From: Octopus sinensis
Lineage: Eukaryota
Direction: 5' to 3'
DNA: 64,000 nt
Assembly: GCF_006345805.1 (NCBI RefSeq)
Contig: NC_043007.1
Location: forward strand, 27,962,001 to 28,026,000
Below the pieces are notes generated by a model, which saw nothing but the letters and a program-made list of their open reading frames with translations, did no database searches and had not been told where the DNA came from. A program made the position numbers and the translations under genes. Positions 13,492-26,286 of the stretch are shown in pieces. Position 1 is the stretch's first letter. Each line of letters starts with the position of its first letter.

Positions 13492-13942
13492 AAGGCTGAA
13501 TTTGAACTCAGAACGTAACGGCAGACGAAATACCTATTTCTTTACTACCCACAATGGGCTAAACTCAGAGAGGACAAACAAGGACAGACATAGGTATTAA
13601 GTCGATTACATCGATCCCAGTGTGTAACTGGTACTTATTAAATCAACCCCGAAAGGATGAAAGGCAAAGTTGACATCGGCGGAATTTGAACTCAGAACGT
13701 AGCAGCAGACGAAATATCTATTTCTTTATTACCCACAAGGGACTAAACACAGAGGGGACAAACAAGGACAGACATAGGTCTTAAGTCGATTACATCGACC
13801 CCAGTACGTAACTGGTACTTAATTTATCGACCCCGAAAGGATGAAAGGCAAAGTCGACCTCGGCAATATTTGAACTCAGAACGTAGCAGCAGACGAAATA
13901 CCGCTAAGCATTTCTCCCGGCGTGCTAACGATTCTGCCAGCT
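13492..13942 (-). mobile_element. SINE family C multimer with 184-bp internal periodicity
   Basis: TTTGAACTCAGAACG recurs at 13501, 13685 and 13869. Confidence 0.85.
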
Positions 13943-13987
13943 TACCCCCCCCCCCCCTTTTGGTGATTGATATTAATCAAAGGTAAG

Positions 13988-14142
13988 TCAGTGAGTTGGC
14001 AGAATCGTTAGCATGCCGGACAGAATGTTTAGCGGCATTTCTCTCGAATCTTTACGTCTTCAGTTCAAATTCCGCCGAGGCCGAATTTGCATTTAATCCT
14101 TTCGCGTTCGATGAAATAAAACACTAGCTGAGTCATAGGGTC
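13988..14142 (+). mobile_element. SINE family C, 3'-truncated
   Basis: Head and core homology; head-to-head with the multimer at 13492-13942. Confidence 0.7.
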
Positions 14143-14245
14143 CATGTAAACAACTGTGCCACAAATTCAAAATTTCAAGCTTTGTGTGAAAAGTAGACAG
14201 GATTTTAATCAGATGCGCATCGCTTCTGAAGAATAAAAATAATAA

Positions 14246-14411
14246 AGGCGCAGGAGTGGCTGTGTGGTAAGTAGCTTGTTTACCAGCCACATGGTTCCGG
14301 GTTCAGTCCCACTGCGCGGCACCTTGGGCAAGTGTCTTCTACTATAGCCTCGGGCCGACCAAAGCCTTGTGAGTGGATTTGGTAGACAGAAACTGAAAGA
14401 AACCCGTCGTA

Positions 14412-14504
<93 letters not shown>

Positions 14505-14719
14505 TGTGTCTGTGTTTGTCCCCCTAGCATTGCTTGACAACCGATGCTGGTGTGTTAATGTCCCCGTAACTTAGCGGTTCGGCAAAAGAGACCGATAGAA
14601 TAAGTACTGGGCTTACAAAGAATAAGTCCCGGGGGTCGAGTTGCTCGAATAAAGGCGGTGCTCCAGCATGGCCGCAGTCAAATGACTGAAACAAGTAAAA
14701 GAGTAAAAGAGTAAAGAGT
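14246..14719 (+). mobile_element. SINE family B (tRNA/CORE-like head, internal (TA)n(TG)n, second module, (GAGTAAAA)n tail)
   Basis: AGGCGCAGGAGTGGCTGTGTGG...GGGTTCAGTCCC...CCTTGGGCAAGTG (CORE-like motif). Several near-identical copies in the window. Confidence 0.85.
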
Positions 14720-14814
14720 AGATATTTTAAAACCCTGTGTTTCTGAAAGAAATCCTTATTATAAAGGAGGGACGGAAGAAGAAAACGTCTTTGAGAATAT
14801 AGTAATATAAGGAT

Positions 14815-15127
14815 CACTCCGTCGGTTGCGACGACGAGCGTCACAGCTGATACGATGAATGGAACAGCTTGCTCGTAAAATTAACGTGCAAGTGGCTGAG
14901 CACTCCACAGACACGTGTACCATTAACGTAGTTCTCAGAGAGATTCAGCGTGATACAGAATGTGACACGGTTGGCTCTTTGAAATACAAGTACAACTCAT
15001 TTTTGCCAGCTGAGTGAACTGGAGCAACGTGAAATAAAGTGTCTTGCTCAAGGACACAACGCGTCGCCGGGAATTGAACTCACGACCTTACAATCGTGAG
15101 ACGAATGCCCTAACCACGAAGCCACCA
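14815..15127 (-). mobile_element. SINE with a different tRNA/CORE-like head but the family-A2 tail
   Basis: Head GTGGTTAGGGCATTCG...GAGTTCAATTCCCGG...GTCCTTGAGCAAGACACTT; tail matches about 15870-16045. Confidence 0.7.
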
Positions 15128-15668
15128 GCTTTCACAGCAATATACAATAACACTTGACTTTATATCTTTTTTCATCTTTCCTTAGTAATGCAGCCGGTTT
15201 AATTGACTTTTTCTTGTACACAATTCTACCCCACCACACACACACACACACATGCACACACATACACGCATTCGAATGTCTAGCTTTGTATCTATGGCAG
15301 TAATTATTACCTTATTATAAATTGGTTTATTAACGAGTTTATTAGCATAGTTCATTCTGATTGCTTTTTTCTTATACTTAAGTGAGATTCAACAGCGTAG
15401 AGAAAACTTAAGACGTAATCATATATAATAATTTCATTTATGCTAATACTTGTACAGACATTTCGGGCACCGTTCTAAAAGGAACTGACTAATTTTCGTA
15501 CAATTAGATTCTCAAACACCTTCGCGCTAATCAAACAAAAACGCAATTATGGCTTCAGTGTTACCTGCCGAAAAACTGTTGATATTTTGGTGATAAGGCT
15601 TTTAGGGATAATGTGTTATATGGACCCTATCTTTAACCTTTTATCAGTTACGCTTTACCTATTTCAGT

Positions 15669-16062
15669 AGAAGGCGCAATGGCCCAGTGGTTAGGGCAGC
15701 GGACTCGCGGTCGTAGGATCGCGGTTTCGATTCCCAGACCGGGCGTTGTGAGTGTTTATTGAGCGAAAACACCTAAAGCTCCACGAGGCTCCGGAAGGGG
15801 ATGGTGGTGATCCCTGCTGTACTCTTTCACCACAACTTTCTCTCACTCTTACTTCCTGTTTCTGTTGTACCTGTATTTCAAAGGGCCGGCCTTGTCACTC
15901 TCTGTGTCACGCTGAATATCCCCGAGAACTACGTTAAGGGTACACGTGTCTGTGGAGTGCTCAGCCACTTACACGTTAATTTCACGAGCAGGCTGTTCCG
16001 TTGGTCGGATCAACCGGAACCCTCATCGTCGTAACCGACGGAGTGCTTCCACATCCACCTAT
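15669..16062 (+). mobile_element. SINE family A, tail type A2, with 10-bp TSD
   Basis: TSD CTATTTCAGT at 15659-15668 and 16063-16072. Nearly identical to 60793-61177. Confidence 0.85.
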
Positions 16063-16302
16063 CTATTTCAGTCGTTAGATTGCTGCCATATTGGGCTAGT
16101 TCTTCTTTGGTCGTGAACACACTAACACCGGTTGTCAAACGGTGGTGGAGGACAAGCTCAGCCACCATCTTGTGTACGGAACGCCAATGTTTGGCGGCAG
16201 GTTCCGGAAGCTGTCCCTCGCTTGACTACAGCTTATGCACGTTAGGATTGTTAAAACATCTCTCCTTCAAAATGTAAGAATGTTGAAAGCTCTCTGTATT
16301 AT

Positions 16303-16710
16303 TCTTTTACTTGTTTCAGTCATTTGACTGCGGCCATGCTGGAACACTACCTTTAGTCGAACAAATCGACCCCGGGACTTATTCTTTGTAAGCCTAGTAC
16401 TTATACTATCGGTCTCTTTTGCCGAACCGCTAAGTTACGCGGACGTAAACACACCAGCATCAGTTGTCAAGCGATGGTGGGGGGGACAAACATAGACACA
16501 CAAACATATATATACACACACACACACGTATACATATACATATATACGACGGGCTTCTTTCAGTTTCCGTCTATCAAATCCACTCACAAAGCTTTGGTCT
16601 ACCCGAGGCTGTAGCAGAAGACACTTGCCTAAGGTGCCACGCAGTAGGAATGAACCCGGAATCATGTGGTTGGTAAGCAAGCTACTTACCACACAGTCAC
16701 TCCTGCGCCT
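16303..16710 (-). mobile_element. SINE family B
   Basis: Reverse complement of 14246-14719. Confidence 0.85.
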
Positions 16711-17611
16711 CCAAATATTTAATCAGATTTGAAATTGTGTGTTAAACATCTCACCTATTTCGAAACACGTATATCGTTAATTTGGGAAGATGTATAACCA
16801 GGAATCATTCAGTTCTGGAAAATATTCGGAGTATATTATGAAATATTCGAAACCCATCGTATATATATATATGTATATATTTATATGTCTGAGTCTTTGT
16901 GTCTGGGCTTGTTCCCCATCACCACTTGGCAACCGGTGTTAGTGTGTTTACGTTGCCGTAATCTAGTGGTTCGGTAATGAAGCCCCATCGAATAAGGACC
17001 ACGCTTTGAAAAAGATAAGTAATGGGATCGATTGATAGTTAGATATTATTTTAAAAAGTCCAACTGTGTTTCTAACAACCATTCTCAGCAGGCTAGCCTG
17101 ATGAGGATAGTACTTTAGACGTCGACGGTCCCACTGTGGAACAACTGAGGAGGGCTGCTAAACCCAGCAGGACTAAACGCAAGATCTGTCAGAAAAGACG
17201 GATGAGCTGTGTGTAGGTTCAATAACTATCTAATATCACTGTCCCCTAGGAATTCCTGGTTCGTGTCCAGCGTGCTGGAATCTACTGAGAGGGAGACACC
17301 CCTCATTTTCGTTAAAACGTGTCTCTCGGAGATCGCTCTAGTATAAAATCAGATATGCAGGGAATAGAAGTGGACGTTTTGGAAATCTTTTGCAGGCGCT
17401 CAAGATCATGCCGTACCCACATTCCGAAGCTTGCGACCCGGATAGACACTTGATATTTTGCCTCGGCTTCTCTCTCGATCATGTCAATAGGGTGAAGAGT
17501 TTTCTTGAGATGTCGTGCAAGATTTATTGAACCGGACATTTGCACAAACATTGCTGACATTTTGCATGGGTAATGGTCAGTGATAGTCTTCCTCGGTCAC
17601 GAGTGGACAGC

Positions 17612-18010
17612 TCTCTTTACTCTTTTACTTGTTTCAGTCATTTGACTGCGGCCATGCTGGAGCACCGCCTTTAGTCGAGCAAATCGACCCCAGGACTTAT
17701 TCTTTGTAAGCCCAGTACTTATTCTATCGGTCTCTTTTGCCGAAGCGCTAAGTGACGGGTACGTAAACACACCAGCATCGGTTGTCAAGCAATGCTAGGG
17801 GGACAAACACAGATACACAAACACATACGCATACATATATATATACATATATACGACAGGCTTCTTTCAGTTTCCGTCTACCAAATCCACTCACAAGGCA
17901 TTGGTCGGCCCGGAGCTATAGCAGGACACACTTGCCCAAGGTGCCACGCAGTGGGACTGAACACGGAACCATGTGGTTGGTTAGCAAGCTACTTACCACA
18001 CAGTCACTCC
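17612..18010 (-). mobile_element. SINE family B
   Basis: Reverse complement of 14246-14719. Confidence 0.85.
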
Positions 18011-18520
18011 TTTTAAAAGAAGCATCTATTTACAAGACTGGAATAAAAAGCCTAAATCCTTCTTCTCTCCGCCTCTCTTTCTCTCATTTTCTTTCTCTTT
18101 TTCTTTCTGCGTATAATGACACGCGTGTATAGACGTACACAGATGCATGCTGTATATCGATTCGAAGATTATTATATAAGTCACAACACTCAGACACGTT
18201 GTATTATGTTGAATATTTCGATTATGTCCTCGATGCCTTTCCATAGATTTTCACATATAAAGTAAAACTGCAAAAAAAACACAAACGTGGTGATAAGCAG
18301 ATTTACGAAAGATGCCCTCAGGGTTTGCATCCGAGGGATTTACATTTTACTCGACTTCTTTCTTTCGTTTCATTCATATCATTTATTTACTTATTTATTT
18401 TTCACTATAGAATTCCATAAAGTATGAGATACCGTTCAGGGAAACAGAATATCTCTTTATAACAATTATATAGCAGAATTCTAACCACCGAAAGCATTCA
18501 CGCAACGCATTCAATGCGCG

Positions 18521-18577
<57 letters not shown>

Positions 18578-19114
18578 TACACACACATACATACACACAT
18601 ACGCACTTAGACGCACAAAGACACAAATACACACGCTCAAGCACACACACACATATACAAACAACATGCTGAAGCAAAAATTGTCTTCGAGATCTTGGGG
18701 ACTCCCTTTATAACCATCAACACGGGCGAATATATGTGCATGTCTATAACAAAATAAAAGGGTCGCTTTTTGGCCTTTGGTTTCTAATCGCTAATAAGCC
18801 ACCCTTTTCATTTGTTGTTTACACTTTAACCGTTTTCAAAAATCAGTACATAATTTGAACTGTTTTTCTTATAAGTTCGGCGAAGGAAGTTGGGTTTAAC
18901 CCTAGGCGTTAAAAGTCTCTGATGAGAATTAAGGTGGTCTACACCAATATTTGAAATCGCGATACAGCTATATACTCTGGGGTCTTGCCTCCTTTGTCTA
19001 ATTAGCACTCGCCTCTACACTCAATGTCTATGTCTATATATATATCTCCACATGGTCAACTCATACGCGGTAAATATGTGTGTATGTGCAAGTATATCGA
19101 TTGAATGTACGCAC

Positions 19115-19195
<81 letters not shown>

Positions 19196-19663
19196 GTATG
19201 TATGTATTATGTATGTATGTCATTGTTCAGTTTTATTTGAAGATTTCTTACCAATAGAGAAAGAGCTGGTTTCTAACCTAGATTCAAGGCTCCTTCATTA
19301 GAATTTCAACATCAACAACAGGGTAATTTTTTATGTATGTATATGTGCCGATTGGTATGTTTTGTTTTATGCACGTATTCTCATGCATATAATTACATAT
19401 CTAGACATGCTCATATATATTTAAATGATAATCTTCTGGAAAGTCTTATATATTTTTACAGTTCCAGTGATGGATTGGATCTGTGTGGGTATGTATGTAT
19501 GTACGTATGTATGTATGTGTGTATGTATGTATTTATGTATGCATAGACATATAGGGCAAACAGCCGATGCTTTAGTACATCAGTGATCAAAATCATAAAG
19601 ACGACTGCTGCGAGGGTGATTTGTTAGCTTTCTTTTACATCTATAGAAGGAAATGTAAAAATA

Positions 19664-20913
19664 TCAGGTTGTTCGGAAAGTCCGCAAAGTGTACTTTAAG
19701 CTCAATAAAACAATAAGGAATTTTAGACATTCTCTCATCTTTATTCATTCAAGTAATTCCCATTGTTTTCTATGACCTTAGCAGGCAATTTCAGTATTCC
19801 ATCGGCATAAAACACAGTTGCTTTTGAGAAAAATAAGTCATATATGTGGGTTTTGACTCTCTCTGAATCATTAAATGATTTTTCTTTTAGAAGGTTCTGC
19901 AGAGACGGAAACAAATAATAGTTAGATTGTGCAATGTCAGGGGAGTATGATAGACGGGGAATGAGACCCTTCCCAAATCCATGCGACTTTGTGTGGGTAT
20001 CCAAAGACACATGTGATCTGGCATTGTCCTGGTGGAACTCAACCCCTTTCCTGGTGCAGTTCTCTGGCCTCAGCTTCTTGATCTCTTGATTCAAGTTTGC
20101 TAGCTGGCAGCACTAAACATCAGCATTAATAGTCTAATTTTGTAGGAGTAGCTCGTAGTAAATAATGCCTTTGAAATTCTACAAATCATGACATCTTTGG
20201 AATGGATATTCTGCTTCGGTAGCTGTTTTGGAGGATCCTCACGCAAACTCCAGGATTTCTTTCTCTCTATATATTATCGTAAACAATCCATTTTTCATCT
20301 TCAGTTACCTGTTGTTTCAAGAAAGGCTTCTTTTCATTGCGTTTCAGAAGCGTTTCCCAGATGGAATACCGGTGCATGCAGTTTTATTCTGACAGTTTTG
20401 TGAGGCACCCAAACATCATAGCGAGAAACATCCAATATACACTAACTTTTCATGAACGGTATTTCCAGAAACTTCCAACTTCTCTGCAAGTTCTCTAGTC
20501 GTAATATTCGAGTTTCCTACAATGGTTATCTTCAAATTCTTGTTATCTTAGGTCGAGGATCTTCCACAGCGACTGTCAATTTTTAAGCTCAACTCAGCAT
20601 GTCTAAATTTTGAAAAACCATCTTCGAACAGTTGATTCACCTACAGTAACTTAACCATAAACTCCACAATTGGTTTTCCACTTTTCCACAGCATTTTCAC
20701 CTATTTTGAAGAAGAAATGCATTATGTGGCAAATAAGCATCTTTTGGTTACGCATTTCAAATGGCGATTAGATTTGAAAGAATTAAAATATATTCTGATA
20801 AGCTTCAATATGCAAGCAATTCTGAAGTATGCGTCAGACTAAGATTAGATTATTGCACGATGGGCTTAAAGACACAAATCCTGAAACCGCTCAGTACTTT
20901 CCGGACAACCTGA
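19664..20913 (-). mobile_element. Full-length (1250 bp) degenerate mariner transposon
   Basis: TIRs TCAGGTTGT(T/C)CGGAAAGT at both ends, TA on both flanks. N-terminus ...ESTVRRWFSKFR (HTH); C-terminus FHQDNARSH...YSPDIAQSNYYLF. Stops and frameshifts present. Confidence 0.9.
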
Positions 20914-21188
20914 TAGTTTTATCCATGTTTTTATTTATACGATTTTATTGAAGTCTGCTGTATCGTGACTGGCTGACATTTTGATAGATATTCACCAATC
21001 AGTTTTATGCCGAAGATACAAATTGCATTATATATTTAATTGCTGTATATTTTCATTTTTCGTTAATAAATATCTTTATTTTTTATTAGTTTTTTTACAT
21101 TGTTATTTTTACCACCAGATGCACCATTTATGTTTAAACACACACACACAATTTACAACCAATATTATTAGTTATTGTCATTATTAAG

Positions 21189-21385
21189 ACGGCGAACTGT
21201 CAGAATCGTTAACGCAGCGGTATTTCGTCTGTCTTCAGGTTCTGGGTTCAAATTCTGCCGAGGTTGACTTTGCTTTTCATCCTTTGGGGGTCGATAAATT
21301 AAGTACCAGTGAAATACTGGTGTCGATGTACTCGACTAGTCTCCTCCCTGCAAATCTCCGACCTTGTGACTTTAGTAGAAAGAAT
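21189..21385 (+). mobile_element. SINE family C (C2-like tail) followed by a long (TTA)n
   Basis: Homology; (TTA)n at about 21413-21590. Confidence 0.7.
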
Positions 21386-21462
21386 TCTTCCTCCTCTTCT
21401 TCTTCTTCTTCTTACTATTATTATTATTATTAATATTATTATTATTATCATTATTATTATTA

Positions 21463-21592
<130 letters not shown>

Positions 21593-22519
21593 GCAACAAG
21601 AAGAGCGTGATGCAATTAGTAATAGAGATTGTCTTTGTTTATTGAACAGAACGAATTGAACGATATTTCATTAGATTGTCTGTCTCCCTCGGAGTTCAAA
21701 ATGTAAAATAAAACAAACAAAAAAATATGGAAAACGCAGATAAGCAAATTCAAAAGATGGACGCGAATATTCTGCGTTCATTTTCAAATGAAATACCATC
21801 ATCGGCTTTCGCTATTTCACAAACGGTTACAAGGAAAAAGAAGAAAAAGAAAGAGAAAGGGAAAAAAAGAATACAGAAAAGAGAACATGTGAACGTGATG
21901 ATGAAGAAGATGATGATGATGATGATGATGATCACTATCATCATCATCTTCATCCTATATGATAATCATCATGACAAAGGGAAGAAGAAATACATTCCTC
22001 TCAGGCGTCAGGTTGGCAATTCAAAAATGTATTAGTCCTCTTGCATTTTGAGAACTGAAAGTGTAGAAGAATGAGAAAGTTTACTAAGAATAGGCACTCT
22101 CATGTCTTCCTCGGAATTACAGCCGCTTGATATAAAAATGTTCGGCTCATCCCATCGAATTACTGTTATTGTGCCTGACGTTATACCTACATCCATTGAA
22201 TTATTTTATTTGATTGTTCTGTTACATAACCAGCGTAAATCAATTTGTGTATGGAGCATTCCGCAGCGTACACTAAATAGGAATCTTTAAACGCCCCAAT
22301 CTTCTGTGTAAATTATAACATGTCTGATATGATTTCTGATGGAATTCACTCATGGTGCTGCACAATAAACAGGACTTACCTCTCTTGGAACTGTTTTTCG
22401 GTGTGAATCGTTCAGAAAATCCAAGATTTTCTCGGGGTTAGAGGTAGTGGGGGATAGTTCTTTTTCATTTTTTATGTGTCTGAAGATTACAATAGGCAGT
22501 TTTGGGAATATTTAATAGG

Positions 22520-22745
22520 AACAAGGACATTTTTTAAATACAATATAAGTAACTCCTTGACGTACCAGTTAAAACAATCTTTTGTACTTCTTGCAGGGAT
22601 GGTAAGCCAGGGATCATTCTCCGATAATATTCAGTTCCTTTTTCTATTATTTCCAATGCTCCTCCAATCTTCAGTTCTGTAACTGCCTTGAAATGCCACA
22701 TGTTTTCGATTTCAATGCGCAAATCTTAATATTTTCTGAGCATGT
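22520..22745 (-). mobile_element. R4/Dong-like REL endonuclease fragment
   Basis: RIEIENMW...GGALEIIEKG...MIPGLPSLQEVQKIVLTGT; same family as 1250-1530. Confidence 0.65.
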
Positions 22746-22849
22746 CAAATTCATTTGCCGAAATATTATAATCACAAAGAATGAACACTCATGACGATCA
22801 ATAAACAGATTTTATTATTTTGGTCTTCTTCTTCTTCTTCTTCTTCTTC

Positions 22850-22896
<47 letters not shown>

Positions 22897-23038
22897 GTTG
22901 TTGTTGCTGTTGTTGTTATTATTATTTACCTTCACTCTGCATATTTGTTATAATCACTTGCCGAAGCACACCCGGCGTCCTAGGGCGAGTGAAGGATAAA
23001 ATAATAATAATAATAATAATGATAATAATAATAATAAT

Positions 23039-23388
<350 letters not shown>

Positions 23389-24378
23389 TGATGATGATGA
23401 TGATGATGATGATAATAATATTTTAAGTATTGGTTTGAAATCCACTTATCATTAAATAATAACAAACCCTGATCATAACACTTTTAAATGATTTCTCTGT
23501 TCGAATTTTATTTCTTTACACTTAAACGAAGACCTTCTTCCCATAATGCCTTGTTTCGTTGGTTTTATATCCTTTTCGTTTCACACAAACTATAGCTTTG
23601 CTTGGTCGCATCATTATCCAACCAGTTTCTTCTCTCACATCATTAAGATGTCCATAAATGCAATATCCGTAAGTTATGCTATATTTAGATTTCCTTAATG
23701 GTTAAATAATTAACTAGATTGAAAGAAATTAGTAAACCAGTATCTCCCCCCCCTTTTCCTGTGTCTGTCGTTTTGTTGATGTTATTTCGTTGTTTTATGG
23801 GGTTTTTTTGTTATTCTTTTTCGTTTGATTTAGCCCCAGGTCAAGCCTGATGGTACGGACCTATGATCTAAGATGTTACGTCTACGACTACCCTGTCCTT
23901 TTTAGAGAGTATTCTAGTGCCTCCTGAACTTTTAGAAGACGCTAAAGACAGATGACAAGATGTTATTTGAAGAATATTCGACTGCTATTTCTAGTGAAAC
24001 GACCACTGAAGGAGTGTCTCATTAAATCACCTGCCATTGTATCTATTTTTATTGATATCGATTACCTCCAGGTCTAAACCTTAATTGAGCAAACCAGCGA
24101 TCGAATATTTTTCAACTTTGGCCGTCCTGTATTTATTATGTGAAGGGAGAACAGAATCACGTTATCCGAAATGAATTCTTTGAAGGCATTAGCGTGAATT
24201 TTGAGAAACAGATTTGTCTAGCTTTGTCTGTTATTTCTAGCTGCCCTACCAAGTAGAGACTCCGTCATTGTTTACGCCTGTTGATGTTACTTGCATATGT
24301 TTTAAATAATGAACACGTCATATATCTTATTATAAGTTTCATTTTTCTAGCAATGATGTGTCGTAACTTTAATCACAG

Positions 24379-24527
24379 ACATTTATTATCATGGAGTTTG
24401 CAAGTCATGGCACACTGCTGGAGTATATCAATTTGAGAGGGAGTTTAAGCGAGAATCATGCCAGAAAAATGTACATGCCCATAGTAAACGCCGTAGATTA
24501 CCTTCATAGGAACCTCATTGTGCACAG
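24379..24527 (+). CDS. TSSK: TSSK-family kinase exon 2 (TFIIMEFASHGTLLEYINLRGSLSENHARKMYMPIVNAVDYLHRNLIVH-R)
   Basis: Not in the ORF track (149 nt). Acceptor AATCACAG| and donor CACAG|GTAAGT. Encodes the hinge and subdomains V-VIa, in phase with exons 1 and 3. Confidence 0.93.
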
Positions 24528-25527
24528 GTAAGTAAGTATTATGAATTCTCGCTCTTGCTAAGGAGGTTAGTGGGCTGGCAGAATGGATAGTAGACACCAG
24601 GAAAATAGCGATAGATTGTCAGAAATGCGAGAGCGACAGACGAAATGGCGGTAGATTATTAAAAGACGGTATGAAGTAAGAAAAGAGCCCAACAAAATAT
24701 TCAGTTATATTAAGATACCTTTATGCTCAGAGTACCAACGAAGCCCAAGATGACTTTGCCTGTCACTTACCAGGGGTCGATAAAATAAGTTTCCCAAATG
24801 CACTTTGCCAGGCAAATGAAATGGTCTCAAATTGCGAGATGAAACTAAAATAATTACAGCGTGGAAGACGTATTAGTCACTCACAAACACGCAAAAACTC
24901 TAAACTACACTTTAACAGTTATTTTGCGAGAAATGTTTCCGTCGCGCCTACTGCAACCTGGTCACTGACACGGTTGGAAAACAACTTAGTTATTGGTCAG
25001 CCTTAATTGATTATATTCACGTACAAAATGTGTGATTTTGTCCTGTTATAAATTATTATGGTTATTATTGTTAATTTTATTGCTGTAATGAGTTTATTGT
25101 TTTTTCTACTACATATAAACCTCGATCAATTTGATCCGGAAGATAGGACTGTGTCACATCCTTCCAAGACGTTGCAGACCATCTAAAACCAGCGAAAATT
25201 TTATAGTTGATATTTCGCTAGAACAGTTGCAAAATGATGGCTGCATGCGAAACATTCCAAGGGGATGACATTCTACGAGGGAATAATAGGGTGAAGCGGT
25301 TAGTACGAAGTTAATAGAGAGGGGTAAAGGAAACGAAAGTGAGTCGAGTGAGAGAGAGAAGGATGGGTGCATGTGATTCACAAACTCACCGGCTGCGAGG
25401 GGTGATACAAAAGATAAAGAGAGGAGACAGAAAGTTCGCAAGAAAGTAGGTGGAATGATTCTTAATAACTTCTGTTTGATTTGATGTACGATACTAGGTT
25501 TCATAAATATAGGATATAGTTGTTTAT

Positions 25528-25558
<31 letters not shown>

Positions 25559-26047
25559 TATATATTATAGTTTAACAATTAAGGATATCTCTTAATAAGG
25601 GATCTTAACAAGAAATTATCGGGTAGCTAGCGTGAAAACCTCATAAAAGAAAAGAATTCGAAAATAATTTTTTTCTTGAACAACAATTAATTATATCTAT
25701 ATTGTATAGAGGGCATATTACACATAAATGCCTCACACTAGGAGGGACAAAGTCATTACTACCAAAATTATACTAATCATACCCAAATGCAGTTTTTCAA
25801 AGCAAGACATTAAAAAATGAATTTAGTTCTGTATCACCGTGATTTCACATTCAACTTACCCTAATGATCGTCAGCAGAACTGATTCTGAACACATCATAA
25901 ATAACTACCAACCTTACGTAGCGAAGACGAACAGACAACTGCTCACTCCGGCCAAGCACATGGAATGTTTATAAATCATATATCCGGTAAATGGCGGGCT
26001 TTTACGAACTGCATGTCGGGTAATGAAAAGTATTTCGGAATAAGTTT

Positions 26048-26128
<81 letters not shown>

Positions 26129-26136
<8 letters not shown>

Positions 26137-26286
26137 GAAAGAATGGAGTTGAACGACGATTTAACAAAATTCCTTTATTCTCGACATATGTTCGAAGGCT
26201 GCATATTCTTAATAGCCTTCGAAACATATGTCGAGAATAAAGGAATTTTGTTAAATCGTCGTTCAACTCCATTCTTTCATTTATTT
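26129..26286. repeat. Near-perfect palindrome (arms about 72 bp, 13-nt loop)
   Basis: Arms 26129-26200 and 26214-26286 differ by a single-base indel. Confidence 0.9.

Noticed and set aside
13492-13942. CRISPR-like periodicity
   Set aside because: Whole units repeat with no unique spacers, and the context is a eukaryotic SINE.
15752-16034. Near-identical ORFs here and at 60842-61093 (MFIERKHLKLHEAP...)
   Set aside because: Two young copies of SINE A2 with TSDs, not a duplicated gene.
17100-17560. CTGATGAG at about 17100 and minus-strand ORF 17312-17560
   Set aside because: No matching GAAA or stem II, and the ORF has no motif I recognise.
18915-18968. CTGATGA...GAA-ATCGCGAT-A HHR-like motif
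   Set aside because: It has a core and a palindromic stem III, but stem I does not pair and stem II is weak. Not counted.
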